Source: an uncultured Candidatus Saccharibacteria bacterium (GTDB lineage Bacteria; Patescibacteriota; SICC01; CAYSOT01). Taken from it: DNA of 64,000 bases. Shown piece by piece: positions 1 through 9,476 of this stretch (position 1 is the first letter of the stretch; each line of letters opens with the position of its first letter). The notes below the pieces were generated by a model. It ran no database searches. It worked only from the letters and a program-made list of their open reading frames with translations, and was not told the DNA's origin. A program made the translations under genes and the position numbers. The stretch covers positions 66,096 to 130,095 of the forward strand of contig CAYSOT010000001.1 in the NCBI GenBank assembly GCA_964432765.1. The letters are read 5' to 3'.

Positions 1-332
1 TCGATAAAGGCTGCCAGACCGCCTTGGCGCTGAACTTCAGCGATCATGTGGGAGGCAAGCGTCGTTTTACCTGATGATTCCGGTCCGTAGATTTCTATGA
101 TTCGACCCTTGGGGATACCACCGACGCCAAGCGCCAAATCTAGCGCCAGTGATCCGGTAGGAATTGCCTCGATGTGAAGCTTTGAACTTTCATCGAGCTT
201 CATGATCGCGCCCTTACCGAATTGCTTTTCGATTTGAGAGAGTGCTAGATCAACTGCACGCTGCTTTTCTGCGCGCACAGCCGTGTCTTTTTGCGTGGAA
301 GACTGCTTAGTGGGTTCGGTTGGTTTAGTCAT
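1..332 (-). CDS. recA: Recombinase RecA, N-terminal ~110 aa (gene continues beyond window start)
   Basis: The reverse-complement translation reads [10 protein letters not shown]...[12 protein letters not shown]...[33 protein letters not shown], which is the RecA Walker A/P-loop and the conserved N-terminal core. The ATG is at 332..330. It is not in the ORF track because it is truncated by the window edge. Confidence 0.85.
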   Translation of the reverse strand, partial: MTKPTEPTKQSSTQKDTAVRAEKQRAVDLALSQIEKQFGKGAIMKLDESSKLHIEAIPTGSLALDLALGVGGIPKGRIIEIYGPESSGKTTLASHMIAEVQRQGGLAAFI

Positions 333-456
333 AGTGGCTGTGTTCATAGTAGCGTATCCTCTCTCTGTACTATTGTTGGTTGTTAGTATATATATAGTCG
401 CCTGCTTAGTCAATATCTGGCTATTTTCTGCCGAATATATTGGCTACGAAAAGAAT

Positions 457-474
457 AGTATACATTTGTATACT
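457..474. promoter_or_regulatory. Perfect palindrome AGTATACA-tt-TGTATACT in the AT-rich recA upstream region; candidate LexA/SOS-type operator
   Basis: The inverted repeat agtatacatttgtatact is read directly; it fits a GTAT-N8-ATAC pattern reminiscent of the E. coli CTGT-N8-ACAG SOS box. It lies about 125 nt upstream of the recA start codon. Confidence 0.4.
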
Positions 475-504
475 CTTTGTCAACTATCGCTCTGTTTGGG
501 CACT

Positions 505-1488
505 TTACGGCACAGGAGAGGGCGAAGGTGCGGGTGTAGGTGCGAGGAATTCTTTTCCAACCCGGCGCTGGCCTTCAGCACCAAGCGCTCCCCGGTCTTG
601 GCCATTGATAAAGACGCGGGTACTGCCCCCGTTTGAAGTCGTAATGAGTGCACGTGACTGCACGCTGAACGTCTGCTCAGAGTTTGGCAGGAGCAGTCCT
701 TGGAAGGCGACTTTCCCATCGACATTGACACCGACATAGGCAGAGTTGGGACCAACTTTGACGGTGAGCAGCATCCCGGAAGCAACTGGGGCAGGGGTTG
801 GTGTAGCAGCTATCTGGCCTGTTAGCACCACCGAGCGCGTGACGACCTTTTCTTTGCCCGATTTGTTCTTGGCCGAAACACGTAATGTATTTGGTCCGGA
901 CAGCAGACGGACTTCTTCACGGAATCCGCCGTTTGGATCGGTGGGGACGGGTTGTCCGTTAATACTTAACTCGGCACCGGCGTCGGTAGTGCCTTCGACG
1001 GTTACTGATTCGGTTGAAACCTGGGCGTTAGCAACCGGAGTTAAGACCTCGAGTTTTGGTGGAGCTGCTACGAACCCAAAAATCTGAGACAGCAGATAGC
1101 CCGATGCAAGCAATAGGCTGAAGATACCTCCGGCAATCCAGAGCGTTCGGGGTGTAATCGTGATTGGCGATTGCTTGGCACGGGTCATAGGAATCTTCGG
1201 AAGTTTCGGGGTCTGCTTTGCGAGTCCCCGTTCACGGCGATATTGGAGCAAGATTTCATCTGATGGAAAACCGAGAAACGCCGCATAGTTTTCCAAGAAC
1301 CCACGTGCGTACACGTCGGCTGGAAATTCTTCGTAACGCCCTTCTTCGAGCGCCTCTAGAAATTTATGGTGAATCTTGGTTTGCCTGGCAACTTCTTCTA
1401 GTGATAATTTCGCTGTTTTACGAACATCCCGTAGCTGCCGGCCAACCGGTACATCAGACGCTATTTCTCGCTTCTTGAATTCAGCCAT
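505..1488 (-). CDS. rodZ: RodZ-like cytoskeleton protein (N-terminal XRE-type HTH, single TM segment, C-terminal extracytoplasmic domain)
   Basis: The N-terminus GRQLRDVRKTAKLSLEEVARQTKIHHKFLEALEEG is a helix-turn-helix. A hydrophobic segment LWIAGGIFSLLLASGYLL follows, then a Pro/Thr-rich linker and a beta-rich C-terminal domain. Confidence 0.6.
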   Translation of the reverse strand: MAEFKKREIASDVPVGRQLRDVRKTAKLSLEEVARQTKIHHKFLEALEEGRYEEFPADVYARGFLENYAAFLGFPSDEILLQYRRERGLAKQTPKLPKIPMTRAKQSPITITPRTLWIAGGIFSLLLASGYLLSQIFGFVAAPPKLEVLTPVANAQVSTESVTVEGTTDAGAELSINGQPVPTDPNGGFREEVRLLSGPNTLRVSAKNKSGKEKVVTRSVVLTGQIAATPTPAPVASGMLLTVKVGPNSAYVGVNVDGKVAFQGLLLPNSEQTFSVQSRALITTSNGGSTRVFINGQDRGALGAEGQRRVGKEFLAPTPAPSPSPVP

Positions 1489-1537
1489 ACAGGAATTTCC
1501 CGACTCTGTTCAGAATACCGAAGTCGGACTGATTCGG

Positions 1538-3616
1538 CTAGAAGTCGTCTGATTCGACGAGGATCTCGCGAGGTTTTGCTCCCTCACCCGGGCCAATGAC
1601 GCCATTTTCTTCAAGCATGTCGAGAAGCCGTGCCGCACGTGCGTAGCCAACCTTCAAGCGCCGCTGCAGAAGCGATGCTGAAGCCTTACGAGAGCGGATA
1701 ACTTCGGCCTTTGCTTCTTGGTAAAGTGGATCTTCGTCATCGCCACTGAGCATATCGCCACCGGCGCCGGCGCCCTGCGGTGTTTCGGTAACCGATTCGT
1801 CATAGGCCGGGGCGCCTTTGCCTTTTAGGAAGTCGGTTAAGCGTTTCACTTCTTTCGTTTCCATAAACGCCGACTGGACGCGAAGTGGTTTGGCCACGTT
1901 TCCTGGCAAGAAGAGCGAATCTCCACGGCCAAGTAGCTTTTCTGCCCCACCCATGTCGAGAATAGTTCGTGAGTCAGTCTGCGACGTGACCGTAAAGGCA
2001 ATTCTACTCGGGAAGTTTGCTTTAATGAGTCCGGTAATGACATCGACCGATGGCCGCTGTGTTGCCAAGATTAAGTGTATTCCGGTTGCGCGAGCCAACT
2101 GGGCAATACGGACGATTGCTGCTTCTACGGCCTTCCCTGACACCATCATTAGGTCTGCCAGCTCGTCGATAACCACGACAAGGTAGGGCAACTCTTCGTC
2201 CTTATGGCGACCATTGTATTCACCAATATTTCGTACTCGCTCGTCTTGGAAGAGCTTATAGCGACGATCCATTTCTGCGGTTAGCCATTTCAGCGCATTA
2301 ATCACTTTGGGGGGATCGACTATAACCGGCGCCAAGAGATGTGGGATGTCATTATAGGCATTTAGTTCGACTCGCTTTGGGTCAACCAGCAACAGCCGCA
2401 AGTGCTTTGGCGAGTGAGTAAACAGAAGTGAGCCGAGAATCGCGTTGATACCGACAGATTTTCCGGATCCAGTCGCACCGGCGATCAACAGATGAGGCAT
2501 CGTGGTGAGATCAGCCACTACAGCCTCACCAGAGACGTCGAGGCCGAGCGCGAGCGGCAGCGTACCGCCTCCCTTCCACTGCTCCGAAGAAAGCAGCTGG
2601 GAGAGCCTGACAGTCGCAGCGCGCTGGTTGGGCACCTCGATACCGACTGTCGACTTGCCGGGAATCGGCGCTTCGATCCGAATTGGATGGGCCGCCAGTG
2701 ACAGAGCCAGGTCGTTATTGAGAGCGGTTATTTGATTTAGTTTCACGCCCGGGTCTGGCCGAAGTTCATATTGGGCAACCGTCGGGCCAACATTCACAGA
2801 AACAACAGAGGCAACCACCCCGAAGTTAGCAAGCGTTTGCTCTATGATGGCTGCTGAACGTTTAAGATCTCCTGCTTGGGCACTCGATGTAGCCGAAGAC
2901 AAGAGTGAGAGCGGCGGCTGCTCCCAGGTAGAGTCGACTGCGCGCGGTACAAAATCCGGCTCTGCGGAGCTCTGTGGTCGTGCTTTGGCGGGAGTCGGGG
3001 TCGGCGCTGGCGCTGGCGGTGCCTGAGGGGTCGGTCGCACCACCGCGGGAGCTGCATCGACCGCTTCTTCCTTCTCTCTACGCAGCGGCCTGTTGCGAAC
3101 AATGACGATACCGGCAAGTACAAGGGCGAGAAAGATCAGATACGAACCAAGTGAGCCGAGGGCGTAGAGGGTTGTGTTCGAGAGCGCATACCCAAGGAGG
3201 CCGCCGCCATGACCATCGCGCGCCGCAGCAAGCGGCTCATTAGCAATAAAGAGGTGCAGAAAACCGGTTGCACCAAGGATGATCAAGCTTACGCCAATTG
3301 GCTGACGGCGTGGTGTGTCTTGTTTGAGCAAGGTGACGACGCCAAAGTACAGAGCGGCGGCGGCTACGGCCCAGGCAGCCCATCCAAACAGCTGACCTAC
3401 CCAACGCGCAACGACTGAACCAAGCGGACCCCCAACACCAGCAAGTGCTAGCAAAAGAATCAGTCCAAAGAGTGACAGTAAAATCCCACCAACTGTGCGC
3501 TGTGCTTCTTCGGAGAGCAACGGTTCAGCAGGCGCCGGCTGTTGCCGTCGCCTTGCGGGGCGACGAGTCTGGGGGCTTCGTCGTGTCGTTTTTCTGCGTC
3601 GTTTTGTTTGAGCCAT
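1538..3616 (-). CDS. ftsK: DNA translocase FtsK/SpoIIIE
   Basis: It has N-terminal transmembrane helices and a Pro-rich linker. The Walker A motif is GATGSGKS and the Walker B motif is LVVVIDELADLMM. The C-terminal gamma domain LLQRRLKVGYARAARLLDMLEENGVIGP is present. Confidence 0.9.
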   Translation of the reverse strand: MAQTKRRRKTTRRSPQTRRPARRRQQPAPAEPLLSEEAQRTVGGILLSLFGLILLLALAGVGGPLGSVVARWVGQLFGWAAWAVAAAALYFGVVTLLKQDTPRRQPIGVSLIILGATGFLHLFIANEPLAAARDGHGGGLLGYALSNTTLYALGSLGSYLIFLALVLAGIVIVRNRPLRREKEEAVDAAPAVVRPTPQAPPAPAPTPTPAKARPQSSAEPDFVPRAVDSTWEQPPLSLLSSATSSAQAGDLKRSAAIIEQTLANFGVVASVVSVNVGPTVAQYELRPDPGVKLNQITALNNDLALSLAAHPIRIEAPIPGKSTVGIEVPNQRAATVRLSQLLSSEQWKGGGTLPLALGLDVSGEAVVADLTTMPHLLIAGATGSGKSVGINAILGSLLFTHSPKHLRLLLVDPKRVELNAYNDIPHLLAPVIVDPPKVINALKWLTAEMDRRYKLFQDERVRNIGEYNGRHKDEELPYLVVVIDELADLMMVSGKAVEAAIVRIAQLARATGIHLILATQRPSVDVITGLIKANFPSRIAFTVTSQTDSRTILDMGGAEKLLGRGDSLFLPGNVAKPLRVQSAFMETKEVKRLTDFLKGKGAPAYDESVTETPQGAGAGGDMLSGDDEDPLYQEAKAEVIRSRKASASLLQRRLKVGYARAARLLDMLEENGVIGPGEGAKPREILVESDDF

Positions 3617-3638
3617 GTAAATTCACTATACCGTTCGG

Positions 3639-5222
3639 CTACGCCTTCCGGAACCGCCTGAGAAGTACTTTTGCTTCTGGCAAACCCATTCTGTTTGTAA
3701 GCCACAGATAGACCGCGGCCCCGAGCAAAGATCCAACCACCAGCTGCGTAAAGAAGTAAGCGAAGGTAAATCGACTTGAGATTTCCTCGACCAAGAACGC
3801 GACGCCATAGAGACTTCCATAGATAACGACACCCATAACCAGCGAGGCAACAAGCATTTTGGTGACAGCATTGATCATGGCCTGGTCTTCAAGCTGCGGC
3901 ACTTTGGCTGACAAGAAGAAAAAGAGGAGCGAAAGCTGCACAATACTGGCGATCGTGAACGACACCGCTAAGCCGACAACCCCGAGATAGTGCGACGCAA
4001 TTAGCGCTAGGGCGATATTCAGCAGCATACACAACCCGGAAATAATAACTGGCGTCTTGGTGTTGCGTAGAGAATAGAAGGCGCGTGTAAGTAGTGGGAT
4101 CAGCGCTTGGGCGAAAAGACTGACCGCCAATATACCGAGCAGTGAGGTGACATAGCGCGTGTCGGTAAAGTCGAACTTTCCTGAACCAAACGCGACACGA
4201 ACGATTTGGGCGCGCAAAAGCATCATTGCCACTGAGGCTGGAATCACGACGTAGAGAATATTTCGGATCACTTCAAGTAGTGTCGCGAGAAACTTATCGG
4301 TATCGCGCACGCTCGCAGCTCGCGCCAGCACCGGAAATGCGGCGGTCGCAAAAGATGCGCCGACGACTCCGACGGGGATCATCGAAAGACTTGTGGCAAG
4401 CATGAACTGGGAAAGAGAGCCGGGGCGCAGCGTTGTGGCGATTACTGTTTCGATCAAGAGATTAAACTGCAGAATCGCTACGCCGATGGTCGTTGGGATC
4501 ATCAAGATGAATATTCGGCGCACACCCGGGTGTTTAATCTCAAGCACAGGGCGGAACCGAAACTTCGTCCGTACCACCCCAATCAGCTGAACCACCATTT
4601 GCAAAAACGCACCCGAAACAACGCCGATTGCGAGCCAGACCAGACCGTACCTTGGAGCTAGTAGTGCGCCGATGATAATACCAACGTTGTAAATAAGCGG
4701 CGCAATGGCATAGGCCAAGAAACGTTGGTAGGTATTGAGAATGCTGCCAAAGATACCCGACAGACCAAAGAAGATTGGTGAAAGCAGCATGATCCGAGTG
4801 AGTAAGACGACTTCATCGAGCTGCGAAGGCGTAAAACCTGGCGCAACAAGAGGCATGATCTGTGGCGCAAAAATGGCAATAATGCTTGCCGCAAAGATGA
4901 GGACGATCAGCGCAAGCGTCAGAATAGTGGAGCCGACATTGTCTGCTTCACGTTGCTGATGTTTAGCAACATAGCCAGCAAATATTGGGATGAAGGCAGC
5001 CGAGATTGCACCCCAAACGAGAATGTTGAAGACAAAGTCCGGAACTCGAAAAGCCGCATAATAAATATCGAGTTGTGGCCCGGCGCCAAAACCAGACGCC
5101 AGCAAGCGATCGCGCACCAACCCAAGCACACGTGACGCGAGCGACGCGGAGGCAAGAATAACAGTCGCCCCGCCGATCGTGGCAGTAAAGATAGAAAACC
5201 GATTGAGTGTTCGTTTAATCAC
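3639..5222 (-). CDS. murJ: Lipid II flippase MurJ/MviN
   Basis: The 527 aa polytopic membrane protein begins with the MurJ-typical TATIGGATVILASASLASRVLGLVRDRLLASGFGAGPQLDIYYAAFRVPDF. Confidence 0.85.
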   Translation of the reverse strand: MIKRTLNRFSIFTATIGGATVILASASLASRVLGLVRDRLLASGFGAGPQLDIYYAAFRVPDFVFNILVWGAISAAFIPIFAGYVAKHQQREADNVGSTILTLALIVLIFAASIIAIFAPQIMPLVAPGFTPSQLDEVVLLTRIMLLSPIFFGLSGIFGSILNTYQRFLAYAIAPLIYNVGIIIGALLAPRYGLVWLAIGVVSGAFLQMVVQLIGVVRTKFRFRPVLEIKHPGVRRIFILMIPTTIGVAILQFNLLIETVIATTLRPGSLSQFMLATSLSMIPVGVVGASFATAAFPVLARAASVRDTDKFLATLLEVIRNILYVVIPASVAMMLLRAQIVRVAFGSGKFDFTDTRYVTSLLGILAVSLFAQALIPLLTRAFYSLRNTKTPVIISGLCMLLNIALALIASHYLGVVGLAVSFTIASIVQLSLLFFFLSAKVPQLEDQAMINAVTKMLVASLVMGVVIYGSLYGVAFLVEEISSRFTFAYFFTQLVVGSLLGAAVYLWLTNRMGLPEAKVLLRRFRKA

Positions 5223-5280
5223 GTCGCGCCCACTATCAAAAGTATACGCTTCGCAGAGGGAAAACGGCGATCACACGAAC

Positions 5281-7116
5281 CTACTTTGTGGCGTGCCGGT
5301 TCTTAAGCTTTTCTACGTCGGGGAAGAGCTTGTCGTAGTCTTCGCCTTCGATTGTTTCGTCTTTGAGTAGTCGCTCAGCAATCTCATTGAGCTTCTTGCG
5401 GTTCTTGCGAATGATATCGGCAGCAGTTTTATAAGCAGAGTCGATAATCTGCTTCACTTCAGCATCAATTTCACTGGCAACACGTTCGGAGTAATGCCGT
5501 TGCTCACCCAGTTCGCGACCCAAGAAAACCATTTCCTCACGCTCGCGGTAAGCGATCGTGCCAAGCTTCTCGCTCATTCCGTAATCAACAACCATGCTTC
5601 GTGCAAGCTCGCTCGCCTTTTGAATATCAGATGAAGCACCCGTGGTAACCTCACCGAAGACTGCACGCTCTGCCGCGTGCCCAGCCAAAGCTGCAGCTAG
5701 ATCTTCTTCAAAATCCGGTCGTGATCGAAGGTAGCGTTCTTCATCGGGCATATACCACGTAACGCCGCCTGCTGTTCCCCGGGAAATAATACTCACCTTA
5801 TGCACTGGATCTGGTCTTGGCAGCAGTGTCGCCACAAGCGCGTGCCCTGCTTCGTGATAGGCCACAATCTTCTTTTCCTTCTCGTTCATCATGCGGCTGC
5901 GGCGCTCTGGTCCGAGCAGCACTTTCTCGATCGAGGCCATCAGTTCGGCCTGTCCAACTTTCTTTTTATTACGCCGGGCAGTGAGGATTGCGGCTTCGTT
6001 AAACAGGTTTGCCAGGTCAGCTCCAGCAAATCCTGGGGTCTGTTTCGCTACTTTACCGAGATCGACATCCGAGGCAAGTGGCTTGCCCTTCGCGTGTACG
6101 GCGAGGATTTCTTCGCGCTCGCGCCTGTCTGGACGATCAATGACGACACGCCGATCGAACCGACCTGGGCGCAAAAGCGCTGGATCGAGTACGTCTGGTC
6201 GGTTAGTCGCCGCCATAACAATCACATTCGTATCTTGCTCGAAGCCATCCATCTCGGTAAGGATTTGGTTGAGTGTCTGCTCGCGCTCATCATGGCTTCC
6301 TCCAAGCCCGGCGCCTCGCTGACGTCCGACCGCATCAATTTCGTCGATGAAAATAATGCACGGCGCATTTCGCTTGGCCTTGGCAAAGAGATCACGAACA
6401 CGTGATGCGCCGACACCAACGAACATCTCGACAAATTCGGAACCTGAAATCGAGAAGAAGGGCACGTCGGCTTCACCAGCAACAGCGCGCGCCAGCAGCG
6501 TCTTACCGGTTCCCGGAGGACCAACGAGCAGCACACCCTTTGGAATACGCGCTCCGACGCCAGCAAACTTAGCCGGATACTTGAGAAAATCGACTACTTC
6601 GCGCAGTTCCTCCTTCGCTTCTGTTACACCGGCGACGTCGCTAAACGTGACGCGCTTTTGATCGGCATTGAAGAGTCTGGCACGGCTACGACCAAACGAC
6701 ATGGCCTGGTTATTACCAGATTGCGCCTGGCGAAGCATAAAGTAGAGAAAACCGCCGATCAAAAGAAGCGGAATGATGAATGAGAGTATATTCACCCACG
6801 TCGAGTAGTCTTTCGGAGTCGACTCAGTAACCTCGACTTTAGAGAGCTGTTCATCGGTCACGCCAAACGACTTCAGATAGGCAGGGAGGGACTCACCGAT
6901 ATACTGCGACTCAATCTTTTTGCCACTAGTCGTTTCAACAGTTACCTTACGACCTTCGGTCTGAATAGATTTGACCTGACCGGTCTTCACTTCATCTATC
7001 ACATTTGAGATCGGAACCTGTGAAGGTTGGGTACTCGTAGAAGCGGTAGCCGAATAGATCGCGGCCACAATGAGGACGGCTCCGACAAGATACAGCAGAC
7101 TGCGGAAACTTCGCAT
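5281..7116 (-). CDS. ftsH: ATP-dependent zinc metalloprotease FtsH
   Basis: It has two TM segments, an AAA module ([28 protein letters not shown]) and the zinc protease HEAGHALV motif. Confidence 0.95.
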   Translation of the reverse strand: MRSFRSLLYLVGAVLIVAAIYSATASTSTQPSQVPISNVIDEVKTGQVKSIQTEGRKVTVETTSGKKIESQYIGESLPAYLKSFGVTDEQLSKVEVTESTPKDYSTWVNILSFIIPLLLIGGFLYFMLRQAQSGNNQAMSFGRSRARLFNADQKRVTFSDVAGVTEAKEELREVVDFLKYPAKFAGVGARIPKGVLLVGPPGTGKTLLARAVAGEADVPFFSISGSEFVEMFVGVGASRVRDLFAKAKRNAPCIIFIDEIDAVGRQRGAGLGGSHDEREQTLNQILTEMDGFEQDTNVIVMAATNRPDVLDPALLRPGRFDRRVVIDRPDRREREEILAVHAKGKPLASDVDLGKVAKQTPGFAGADLANLFNEAAILTARRNKKKVGQAELMASIEKVLLGPERRSRMMNEKEKKIVAYHEAGHALVATLLPRPDPVHKVSIISRGTAGGVTWYMPDEERYLRSRPDFEEDLAAALAGHAAERAVFGEVTTGASSDIQKASELARSMVVDYGMSEKLGTIAYREREEMVFLGRELGEQRHYSERVASEIDAEVKQIIDSAYKTAADIIRKNRKKLNEIAERLLKDETIEGEDYDKLFPDVEKLKNRHATK

Positions 7117-7155
7117 ACGCTCTAAAGTCTAGCCGTCAGCGCTGCTGCCGACAAG

Positions 7156-8523
7156 CTACCGACGACCACAACTGAGTGTCACGTGCGCCTGAGTGGAGTC
7201 GGCTGCAAAGCGACGATCGGCGCGGAATCCGGCCACCCAGACGATATCGCCTGCTTCGGTTGTAATGATCGGAACGAATGGCCGCTCTGCCCTTGGCACT
7301 TTTTGGTCCGTCAGTAAATCGGATATTAATTTGCTGCCTCGCATTCCGGACGGCTTAAAACGGTCACCCACTTTCGGTGACCTAACAATGAGTCGATCCC
7401 CGATAAGCCGACTATCAATTCGGATAGATTCCGCAGGGGCCTCTTTTCGATCTGCACCGATCTCGATATCGCCAAAACGAATATGCCCTGGGATCGTAAG
7501 AGTTTGCTTGCTGGGGGGCGCTATGGGCTCGCCACGATGTAGTCTGACTGTCCCGTATTCATGAACTGCAACAATACCGTGCGGTAGGTGGAGTTGACTG
7601 CCGGGTGCGCGCGCTAAGAGGGCGTCGAGATCTTCAACATGTCGAAGATGAAATCCGACTAGGTTTCCCTGGAGCGTTTCGAACGCTTCGCGCCATACAA
7701 GATGCCGCAGTGCCCGCGATTCAGCGTTGAGCCGCCTGACAGAAAGAGAAACCTCACCTTCGCGATTCTCAGCGACTCGCTCGAAGGCTTCGCGAGCAAT
7801 ATGGCGAAGTAGTAAGTATTCATCAGAAAAAACCTCCATGCTCTGTGAAACTGTCTCGATGAGCTGTGGGTTAATTTTCTGAAGACTTTTTATGACAACG
7901 TGCCTGATCCGATTTCTGGCATACCGTAGAGATCTGTTGGTTGGGTCAAGTCGGTACTTTAACTTGTGTTTTCGCACATACTTTGCGATTTCCCGGCGCG
8001 GGATTGGCAAGAGTGGGCGGATAAGTTTGCCGTTTTCTACGTCCATCCCGCGAAGTCCAGCGAGACCGCTCCCCCTTGAGAGGTGCAAAAGAAGTGTCTC
8101 TACCTGATCATCCGCTTGGTGGGCAGTTACGATGTAGTCTGCCTTTTTCCGCAGACGAGCTTCTTCGAGCCACGTGTAGCGAGCCTTCCTTGCTTCATCT
8201 TCAGATCGCTTCTTTGAAGGCCGCGCTCGTTTAGAAACGAATGGAAGACTGTAGTCTTTAGCTAGTTTCTTAACAAATTCGGCGTCTTTCGCCGATGAAC
8301 TGCGCCACCCATGGTCGAAGTGTGCAACAACTAACTCGAGATTAAGTGCCGCTCTTAAGCGCAACAACATATCAAGCAGAGCTACCGAATCGACTCCCCC
8401 GGAAACGGCAACCAGTAGGCGCTTGTCGTGATACGGCTCAAGATTCTCGCCAACAATGGCCAATACATTCATCCCGCAAACTCCTGCGAGAACATCTTGC
8501 CACGTGCGCCACCATTCATACAT
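7156..8523 (-). CDS. tilS: tRNA(Ile)-lysidine synthetase TilS
   Basis: The PP-loop SGGVDS is present in LLVAVSGGVDSVALLDML. The 455 aa length is typical of TilS. The true start may be the internal Met at about 8472 (MNVLAIVG...), which would remove the 55 nt overlap with the upstream gene. Confidence 0.85.
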   Translation of the reverse strand: MYEWWRTWQDVLAGVCGMNVLAIVGENLEPYHDKRLLVAVSGGVDSVALLDMLLRLRAALNLELVVAHFDHGWRSSSAKDAEFVKKLAKDYSLPFVSKRARPSKKRSEDEARKARYTWLEEARLRKKADYIVTAHQADDQVETLLLHLSRGSGLAGLRGMDVENGKLIRPLLPIPRREIAKYVRKHKLKYRLDPTNRSLRYARNRIRHVVIKSLQKINPQLIETVSQSMEVFSDEYLLLRHIAREAFERVAENREGEVSLSVRRLNAESRALRHLVWREAFETLQGNLVGFHLRHVEDLDALLARAPGSQLHLPHGIVAVHEYGTVRLHRGEPIAPPSKQTLTIPGHIRFGDIEIGADRKEAPAESIRIDSRLIGDRLIVRSPKVGDRFKPSGMRGSKLISDLLTDQKVPRAERPFVPIITTEAGDIVWVAGFRADRRFAADSTQAHVTLSCGRR

Positions 8524-9476
8524 CCGATACCTAAGCGACGATACTCTGGCTTCAGGATATTGGCGCGGTGCCCTGGTGAGTTCATTAAGCCTTCATGCGC
8601 TACATCCACGTTTGGCGCCAAAGCTATGTTTTCACCTGCGAGCTGGTATTTAATGCCGGCTGCATCCATGCGATCGAATGGAGTCAAACCATCAGGCGTA
8701 TCATGTGCGAAATATCCCCTCGCAAACATGTCTTTCGAGTGCGCCCTCCCAACATCCCGTAGCTCTGAATCAGCTTGAACTGGCCGCAAACCATTAGCTG
8801 TGCGCTCCTTGTTTACAAGTGCGAGCATCGCCTCTTCGTCGGCGGCACAAACCGTCGGGTTGGCAACGGAAAATCCGAGCGTCAACGATTCTCCGGGTTC
8901 TGTTTTGACTGTGCGAAGTTTTACAAACTGCTGCAGTGCCCCGCCAAAAAGTGAATCAAAGGTGGGACTTAGTGCAGTACTCACTGCGATTGCAGGTTTC
9001 GCCAGAGGGTTTGCTTCAACGTCGGCTTTTACTGCATCAGCTACTGGAGCCGTCAGCACAATTTGAGCCACAACGCACAATAAAATGAATCCGCGAACCA
9101 ATGCTGGGAATATCCCAAGCGTGCGAGTTGCCTGGTTAAGTGGCGGTACATGCACCCGGATGCGACGCCAAATAAGCGTACCGAGCGCTTCGGTTCCTAT
9201 CCAGATTATGAAGAAGGCGATGAAACGCCACATCTCTATGCTCAGTAGGCCCGACATGTTCAGCAAAGAGCCGAGCGGAGAGGCAAGAGCCAGCGCTAGA
9301 GCGAACGAGATGATCAGTATCACAAGGTCAGCAAGCTGTTCCCAAAACCCCTGCCGCCAGCCCACAAAAGCGTAGAGGGCAAGGAGTGCCAAAATTAGAA
9401 GCGTGATAATCACGTCCTTAGTATAGGCCGCTAACGCACGGTGATGTCTTCGTAGACACCAAAGTCTTCGAGCCAA
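8469..9476 (-). CDS. Membrane protein with C-terminal CAP (SCP/PR-1, YkwD-like) domain
   Basis: There are 5-6 N-terminal TM helices. The C-terminal GYFAHDTPDG...GENIA...HEGLMNSPGHRANIL...GIGC matches the CAP superfamily signature. Confidence 0.7.
   Translation of the reverse strand: MARRLWCLRRHHRALAAYTKDVIITLLILALLALYAFVGWRQGFWEQLADLVILIISFALALALASPLGSLLNMSGLLSIEMWRFIAFFIIWIGTEALGTLIWRRIRVHVPPLNQATRTLGIFPALVRGFILLCVVAQIVLTAPVADAVKADVEANPLAKPAIAVSTALSPTFDSLFGGALQQFVKLRTVKTEPGESLTLGFSVANPTVCAADEEAMLALVNKERTANGLRPVQADSELRDVGRAHSKDMFARGYFAHDTPDGLTPFDRMDAAGIKYQLAGENIALAPNVDVAHEGLMNSPGHRANILKPEYRRLGIGCMNGGARGKMFSQEFAG

Noticed and set aside
283-785. ORFs of 99-117 aa upstream of or overlapping the recA start and the rodZ-like 3' end
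   Set aside because: They lie in an AT-rich promoter region or antisense to a well-supported gene. Their composition is implausible, with Cys/Val-rich or low-complexity stretches, and no RBS is evident.
5800-6661. Plus-strand ORFs of 104-201 aa inside ftsH
   Set aside because: They are antisense shadows of a highly conserved AAA protease gene; such ORFs are typical in a GC-balanced coding strand.
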